DNA from: Gracilinanus agilis
Lineage: Eukaryota
NCBI RefSeq assembly: GCF_016433145.1
Contig: NC_058132.1
Coordinates: 656,211,039 to 656,275,038 of the forward strand
Length of the DNA stretch: 64,000 nucleotides
Reading direction: 5' to 3'
Shown piece after piece: positions 57,245-64,000 of this stretch. Within the stretch, counting starts at the first letter, position 1. Each line of letters starts with the position of its first letter. The notes beneath the pieces are model-generated. The model was not told the origin of the DNA, ran no database searches, and was given only the letters and a program-made list of their open reading frames with translations. Position numbers and translations under genes: made by a program.

Positions 57245-57430
57245 GGCAGCACAGGGGAGACCTGGAGGCAAGAGGTCCTGAGTTCAAATGTGACCTCAGA
57301 TCCTTCCTCGTTGTGTGACTGGTCAAGTGACTTAACCCCAGTTGCCTAGTCCTTAATCACTCTTCTGCCTTGGACTCGATACTTGTATTGGTTCTAAGAT
57401 GGGAGGTAAGGGTTTAAAAAAAAAAGAAAA
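57245..57430 (+). mobile_element. Long-tail CORE-SINE
   Basis: B box, CORE, and gggaggtaagggtttaaaaa tail. Confidence 0.85.
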
Positions 57431-58080
57431 AAGAAAGCCCAGTAAATCGGGAGTACAGCTTGGAGAGAAAAGAGGATGAATGCAGACTGTGACCCATCCA
57501 GGTCTTTCCACTCTGTGACCTTTGTTCATGAACTTTAAAAAGTTCGCTATAGAGGGGAGCATCCCACATTTTGGGGGCCTTCCTTGCTTCTGTCTGATGT
57601 CATGTGCCTGTCATCACTCATCTTTGCCATTTGATGACCCTATTTCAGTCATACTTTAATTCTGATCTCCATTGGAGTTCTTCATTTGTTATACACGCTG
57701 CAGCCTTCTCATACCCGCCACATGCCTTTCCATTTCCCTCTGTGATAATCATCTTTAGTTCTTCAGAGGCCTCCCTGTCATGCAACCTTATAGCAAAAGT
57801 GTTTGTATTGAAAATTGAATCTTTACTATTTTAGGAAACTTGTGACTGATAAAAGTATTTTGTAATTTCCTGAAATCAATCCAGCTAAGTTTTCTCTGCC
57901 TTTTCAAAATAAGATGACCCCGAGATCTGAGTGAACTCTTGTACTTCTGGGCGAGGCTGTCATAGAGGTGGAGAAGGGGGCAGAGAATACTCAGAATCAC
58001 ACAAGTTTTACATGCACAATAAATCTGAATTTCCTGGACGTATTTCTGGAGGACCTAAATCCTGTTCCTCTTGACATACT

Positions 58081-58280
58081 TTTTTTTTTTTTAACTTTAC
58101 CTTCTGTCAGAGGATCAATACTGTATATTGTGTATATTGAGAAGAGTAGTAAGGGCTAGGCAATGTGGGTTAAGTGACTTGCTCAAGGTCACCCAGCTAG
58201 GAAGAATCTGAGAACAAATTTGAACCTAGGACTTTCCATCTCTAGGCCTGGTTCTCAATCTGCAGAGCCACCTAGCTGCC
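58081..58280 (-). mobile_element. Long-tail CORE-SINE
   Basis: Full reverse copy; TSD ctcttgacatact / ctattgacattct. Confidence 0.88.
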
Positions 58281-58663
58281 CTATTGACATTCTTATAATA
58301 ACATTTATAGATGATTTGAAATCTGGTCCTCAGACAGCAAGCTCTCTCTGTTGCTGAGATTACACTCACAATCTCTATAGCATGTGTCTAAGATTATATT
58401 CCACTGCCATTGCCTTGGAGAACCCACTATCATGTCCTTAATATAATGGAGCATCTGAAGAGGACTTAATGGAGGTGTCAGAATTTTTGAGCCATCTCAA
58501 AGAGTGAACAAAAATAGACAAATGAGGCAAGCAGCTAGCCAACCCCTGTACCAAAAATTACATCTTAATAAAATCTTTGTGAGAATTATTTATGCATTAT
58601 CAAATGTATCTTCGATGAAGATATGAGAAGGAAAGAGGTTTTTATAGACTTTAAAAAGTAGAA

Positions 58664-58862
58664 GGGGGCAGCTGGGTTGCTCAGTGGATTGAGAGCCAGG
58701 CCTAGAGATGGGAGGTCCTGGGTTCAAATCTGACCTCAGACACTTCCCAGCTGTGTGACCCTGGACAAGTCACTTCACCCCCATTGCCTAGCCCTCACCA
58801 CTCTTCTATCTTGGAGCCAATATACAGTATTGATTCTAAGACAGAAGGTGAGGGTTTAAAAA
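58664..58862 (+). mobile_element. Young long-tail CORE-SINE
   Basis: TSD aaaaagtagaa at a TT/AAAAA L1-endonuclease site. Confidence 0.92.
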
Positions 58863-59599
58863 AAAAAGTAGAACACATCTTGATAATCACACAAATAGGA
58901 AATAGAGAATACAAGATCCCACTGTGGTCACGAGTCCCTGCCGAAGGGTTACCAAGGAGACTGTTAGTCTGACACAAACAACAGAGACACTGGTTTTCTT
59001 TCTGATGTATATATCCAGGTAACGACCCTCCTGGGATTTATCAAAACTTGAAACAATTGTCAATTTCTGGGGATTCATATGGCAACTTCCAGAAAAACCT
59101 AGAAAGTGTTGCCTAGGATTGCAAAGTCATGGGCAAAAATTTAGGGAGTTTAGTTGCTTTTTTCCACATTATTGTTAATTGAAGGCGGTGGATTCAGAAG
59201 GGAGAAAAAGATTTGGAAAAATATGATTTAAGATTTTTTTCTAAAAACTGGACTTCCAGATTGTGGTTTAAAATGTGGGGATGATGGGCTCTTATCTAGG
59301 GATGCAATTTACCTGGAAAGTTGGCCAAAAAAGTGCTTAGATTATTGTGAATATGATGAAGAATGCTTTATACTGAGAAGGGGAGAAAAGGGAGAAAGTT
59401 GTTTACAGAGATCTGACAAACTTGGCACCATAGAAAATAGAATTTCAGAAGAACAGCAAAAAGGAGGAATTGTAATTCCAGAGATACTGTCCAAGAAGAG
59501 ATCCAATAGAAAAACGTAAAGCCTTAAATGTCTATGTGCCTGTGTCCAAAATATGAACAGGAAAGTGTGTGAAGAGAGAAGTGAAGGATAGTAAAGTCT

Positions 59600-59880
59600 C
59601 AAAAGGCACTTTAGGGTCAGGCTTTGAAGAACTTTAAATGCCAAGCATAGGAGTTTGTCTTTGATCCCGGAGTCAGGGCTTATGGAGAAGGAGAGTGGAA
59701 TGTTCAGCATATACTTTAGAAATATCACTTTGGCAACTGTTTGGAGGCTGATTAGGAGAGGGGTAGAGAACTTATGAAATCTGTTGTAATTAAGAGGCTG
59801 CGGCAGTAGTTCAGGGGAGAAGGGTTGGTGGCTTGAACTCAGGTGCTGGCCATGTCAGTGAAGTGGTAAGGAGTACTGCT
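59600..59880 (-). mobile_element. L2 fragment
   Basis: ggctttgaagaactttaaatgccaag...tttagaaatatcactttggcaactgtttggagg. Confidence 0.55.
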
Positions 59881-60952
59881 TAGACTTCCTGGTTCCTTTC
59901 AGTAAGAGAAGGATGTAGAGAAATTTTGGAGGAGAAGCTCAAGCTAGAGGGAAAGACTCCTACCTGACCCTCACTAGTATCAGCTGGTGGCCAGGTGGTT
60001 AACCTAATGAATGAACCAGAGTTGGCAAGGGTATCATGATGCTCTTGCTGATGATACAGTATTGATGACATTGAATCTCTTCTGATTCCCTTTCCTTTTT
60101 TCCATTCTTTTACAGATAATTTAAACAATTTTTGTCTTTCATTTTAAAAGTGTATAAACGGATTGTAACTATCAAGCCTCATTTAAGTGTAAGCTCTTAA
60201 AATTTGCTTAATCACTTTAATTTTCCCCACACCTCCTTAAATGATTTCTTAGTCTTACAATCAGAGCTATAATTTGTTTTTGAATCAAGCAAGTATTTAA
60301 AACCTCGCTTATTTTAATTTTGATCTATTACAAACTTTGCTGTATTAAAAACCAAGAAGAGATTATGTTATAGAATCATAGAACCTTTGTGTTGGCACTT
60401 AATAAGGCGAGATTATACTACATTTAACCACCAGGTGGCATCACTAACTAATTTGGCCCTATTCAAGATGAAGGGCCAGGTGCTGGGCAAGTCCTTTTAT
60501 ATCCTCCATACTGCTCTGGAGGGAGTGCAAAGCGGTAAATTCTTTATGGTTCTCAGAGGAGGAATGACACTGAATCTCTCCACTTTGCAGTACCCTGAGT
60601 GGCTGTGCTCATCTCCTTAATCTAAGGCAGGGATTTTTTTGAAATTCAATTTAAATTCATTTTCAGCTCTTAATTCTCTCCTTCCTACCTCTCCTCCCAC
60701 TCCCCACACTGAGAAATCAAGAAAAACAAAGCCTGTTACAAACAAAACAGATTTCCACATTAGCCATGTCACAAACATGTTTGTGTGTTTGTATATACTT
60801 ATACACATCTGTGTATTAATAAGTTTTTTACATATATGTATTTATACATAAATATGTACATGTGTATATGTATACATATGTCTTGTTTAACTATTACCTA
60901 ATTGATGGGTAGCCTCCTCAATTTCTAATTCTTTGCCATAAGGCAGAAATTC

Positions 60953-61146
60953 CTTTCTTTTTTTTTTAAACCCTTATTTCCAGTTTAAAATCACTAGTGT
61001 GCAGAGGAGTGGTAAGGACCAAGCAGTGAGGATTAAGTGATTTGTCCAAGGTCACATAGCTAGGAAATCTCTGAGGCCAGGTTTGAATTCAGGACCTTCC
61101 ATCTCTAGTCCTGTCTTTCAATCCACTGAGCTAGCTAGCTGCCCTC
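60953..61146 (-). mobile_element. CORE-SINE
   Basis: Reverse copy; TSD taaggcagaaattc / taaggcagagattc. Confidence 0.85.
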
Positions 61147-61162
61147 TTAAGGCAGAGATTCT

Positions 61163-62000
61163 TTTTTTTAAATCTTTTTTTTTTTTTTTTTAAAGAATAT
61201 TTTCCATGCTTCCATGATTCATGATTCCACCTCCCTTCCTTTTCCCCTCCTGGACCTGACAAGAAGTTCCACTGGGTTATACATGTATCATTGTTCAGGA
61301 CCTATTTCCATGTTATTCATATTTTCAGTAGAGCAATCTTTTAGCAGCAAAACTCCAATCACATCCCCATCGAACCATGTAATCGATCCTAGGTTTTCCT
61401 TCTGCCTTTCTGCTCCCACAGTTCTTTCTCAGGATGTAGATACATTCTTTCTCCTGAGTCCCTCAGGATTATCCTGGGTCATTGCGTTGCTGCTAGTAGC
61501 AAAGTCAGTTATAATCGATCATGCTACAATGTATCAGTCTCTGTGTATAACCTTCTCCTGGTTCTGCTCCTTTCACTTTGCATCAGTTTTTGGAGGTCTT
61601 TCCAGTTCACATGGAATTCCTCCAGTTCATTATTTCTTCCAGTACCATCACCATCCAGTATTCCATCACCAGCAGATACCACAATGTGAAATTCAGCCAT
61701 TCCCCAATTGAGGGGCACCCCCTCATTTTCCAGACGCAAAAAGCCCAGCTATGAATATTTTATACATGTCTCTGTTCTCTCTTTGGAATACAAATCCAGC
61801 AGTGGTATGGCTGGATCAAAGGGCAGGCAGTCTTTTAAAGCCCTTTGTGCATGGTTCCAAATTGCCTTCCAGAAGGGTTGGATCCATTCACAACTCCACC
61901 CGCAATGCATTAATGTCCCAATTTTGCCACATCCCCTCCAACATTTATCACTTTGCTGCCATATTGGCCAGACTGCTAGATTTCTACATGTGAAAACTGG
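61163..62000 (-). mobile_element. 5'-truncated marsupial L1 (3' UTR)
   Basis: Poly(T), L1 3' UTR text, and perfect TSD aaggcagagattct (61149-61162 / 62001-62014). Confidence 0.88.
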
Positions 62001-62004
62001 AAGG

Positions 62005-62228
62005 CAGAGATTCTGAAGCTAGGGTCCAAGGAATCCTTGGAGCTCCATAGATAGACTTAAGGAGGGGGGACTGGGAATGTGGATGGGAAAAATTAAATCT
62101 TTATTTTTAGGAACCTATAACTGAAAATTAGCATTTTCTCCAAATAGTTAAAAAAATTAGTCTTAGAAGGGTTTGATAGTTTTCACTGAAATAATAGAGT
62201 CCATGACACAAAAAGGTTAAGAACCCAT
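62005..62228. mobile_element. Old hAT/Charlie-type MITE remnant
   Basis: Degenerate TIRs cagagattctgaagctagggtcc / aaaaggttaagaaccc. Confidence 0.5.
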
Positions 62229-62267
62229 TATTTATCTTGGATCCTAACTCCCTATTAATCATTTTTG

Positions 62268-62895
62268 TTCTGTCCTTCAACAGGAATTAAACTCTCTCCA
62301 GAAGACAGGAAAGGAAAGCCAGCTATCCATTCACTCAAGTTCCCTCCAAGAGGCAGGTCAAGACAATGACTCGAGCTGAAGGTGATTCTTGAGGCTGACT
62401 TTCTTCCTTGAGCCTACCTTCTTCTTGAAGCTGATTTCCCTTTTGAAGTCTAACTCCTTTTTGAAGCCAACTGCCTTCTTGGAGTCAACTTCCTTCCTTT
62501 GCCCTAGCAATTCAGGGCCTTTTATAGTGGGTTCTTATCTCTTCCCCTTTTCACAGGGGCCAAGCACAGCTTCCAAATTTTCTAGCACTGCCCAGGGGGC
62601 AGTGTTTGTGGGAATCAGTTCTCATCTCGGCAGGGGTGAATGCCGCCTGTTGAAGGTTGTTGAAGGTCAACAAGTCCTGGGTGAGTTAAGCACCAGAGCA
62701 ATATTTAGTTAGATAGGCTAATATGTCTTCTCTACCCTTTTGTATTTCTCTGCTTTCATTCTTTCTATCTCTTTTATAAATAAAAGCTATTAAAATCATT
62801 TCAACTTTCAGCAATAATACTTTGAATCAGTGACCGCCACTATTATTTGTAATCTTCATATATTTTAGCTGAACCATTAAAGTTTAATCCTTACA
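62268..62895 (+). mobile_element. Solo ERV LTR-like element
   Basis: Internal tandem motif array, TATA/AATAAA region at about 62773-62783, and 3' end tttaatccttaca. The 5' end and TSD are not resolved. Confidence 0.6.
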
Positions 62896-62924
62896 ATATA
62901 TTCATATAAACAAATGATAAGTCA

Positions 62925-63442
62925 TTTTTTTCTGTGTTTCTACTCCCACAGTTCTTTCTCTCAATGTGGACAGCCTTTTTTTTTTTTTTTTTTTAAATTT
63001 AATACCCTTATCTTCTGTCTTAGAGTTAATAGTGTGCATTGGTTCTAAAGCAGAAGAGTAGTAAAGACTAGGCAATGGGGGTTAAGTGACTTGCCCAGGG
63101 TCACACAGCTAGGAAATGTCTAAGGCCATATTTGAACCTAGGACCTCCAATCTCTAGTCCTGGCTTTCAATCCACTGAGCCACCCCTGATACCATTCTTT
63201 CTCATAAGTCCCTTGGGATTGTCTTATATTAGCAAAGTCCAATACATTGGATTATTCCACAATATTTCACTTTCTGTGTACAACATTGTCCTAGTTCTGC
63301 TCATTTCACTCTGTATCAGTTCATGGAGGTTCTTCCAGGTCACATAAAAACCCTCCAGATCATCATTCCTTATAGCACAATAGTATTCCATCACCATCAT
63401 ATATCACAATTTGTTTAGCTATTCCCCAACTGAGGGACACCA
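62925..63442 (-). mobile_element. L1 3' UTR fragment with a nested SINE (62976-63188, minus strand)
   Basis: L1 text is collinear on both sides of a full reverse SINE. Confidence 0.8.
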
Positions 63443-63444
63443 TA

Positions 63445-63610
63445 TAGACCCTAGGCAAGTTACTTAACTGCTGTTTGCCTCAGTTTCCTCATCAGTAAAA
63501 TGGGAATAAAAATAGTACTTACCTCCCAGGATGTTTGTGAGGATCAAATGAGATAATAATTACAGAGCCCTTAGCACCGTGCCTGACACATGTTAGGTGC
63601 TATATAAATA
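63445..63610 (+). mobile_element. MIR-type element
   Basis: gaccctaggcaagttacttaac...cctcagtttcctcatcagtaaaatggg...gtgaggatcaaatgaga. Confidence 0.75.
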
Positions 63611-63849
63611 TGACATATATATTTATATGGACAACTAAATTTGAACTATTATGATCAGATTGCTAATAATAGTGTCTTGATTTTTAAAGATAAAATAAAA
63701 TGTATTTTTTCTCATTCACATGCTTGAAAAGGTTATTTTTAAAGCGACAGTCATCAACTGATCCTTTAAAAATCAAGACACTATTATTAGTAATCATTCA
63801 TCTAGAAAAAATCCAAATTAGAAAAGTATTAACTTTTGCCTGGCATTGT

Positions 63850-63866
63850 CTGCCACCTAGTGGCCA
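63850..63866 (-). promoter_or_regulatory. CTCF core motif in unique sequence
   Basis: Minus strand reads TGGCCACTAGGTGGCAG, matching the CTCF consensus. Confidence 0.6.
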
Positions 63867-64000
63867 GTATAAATCTAGCCCTAATAGACTACCAAAAGCG
63901 GACCTTAAGAGTGATAATAATGGAAATCCAGAATAAAAACTCAAAAGAATTAATGCAAACATTCCTGCCTCCCTCTGGGAATATTGTACTCAAAACGTCA

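Noticed and set aside
1-64000. Exons of expected syntenic neighbours LEKR1 and VEPH1
   Set aside because: No recognisable coding sequence for either; they probably lie outside the window.

Overview
Eukaryotic genomic DNA from a marsupial, most likely a didelphid opossum. This is inferred from many tRNA-headed CORE-SINEs of the opossum SINE-1/SINE-2 and Mar1 types, plus marsupial L1 3' UTRs. The only protein-coding gene I can support is CCNL1 (cyclin L1), complete on the minus strand: 11 coding exons from 40501 to 27953, all introns GT-AG, 1632 nt, 543 aa. It has a CpG-island promoter with a CRE cluster and a 3' UTR with tandem poly(A) signals. The flanks are mostly SINEs, MIR, L2, CR1/L3, truncated L1s, LTR-like pieces, hAT MITEs and simple repeats, with five N gaps. 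The best second-look signals are: (1) a 24-bp RNA stem in CCNL1 intron 5 that covers a polypyrimidine tract leading into an assembly gap, next to several candidate poison-exon and intronic poly(A) signals; (2) a GC-saturated domain from about 18.5 to 28.9 kb, with GC3 of 94% in the last exon against 32% in exon 8, and AT-to-GC-drifted repeats suggesting GC-biased gene conversion; (3) an orphan promoter-like CpG island at 45-46.5 kb with no ORF; (4) a hAT MITE carrying a consensus CTCF core; (5) a four-site GATA cluster; (6) one 14-bp target site used by both a SINE and an L1. No CRISPR, rRNA or true tRNA genes were found. Repeat family names and human comparisons come from recall, not from a database search.
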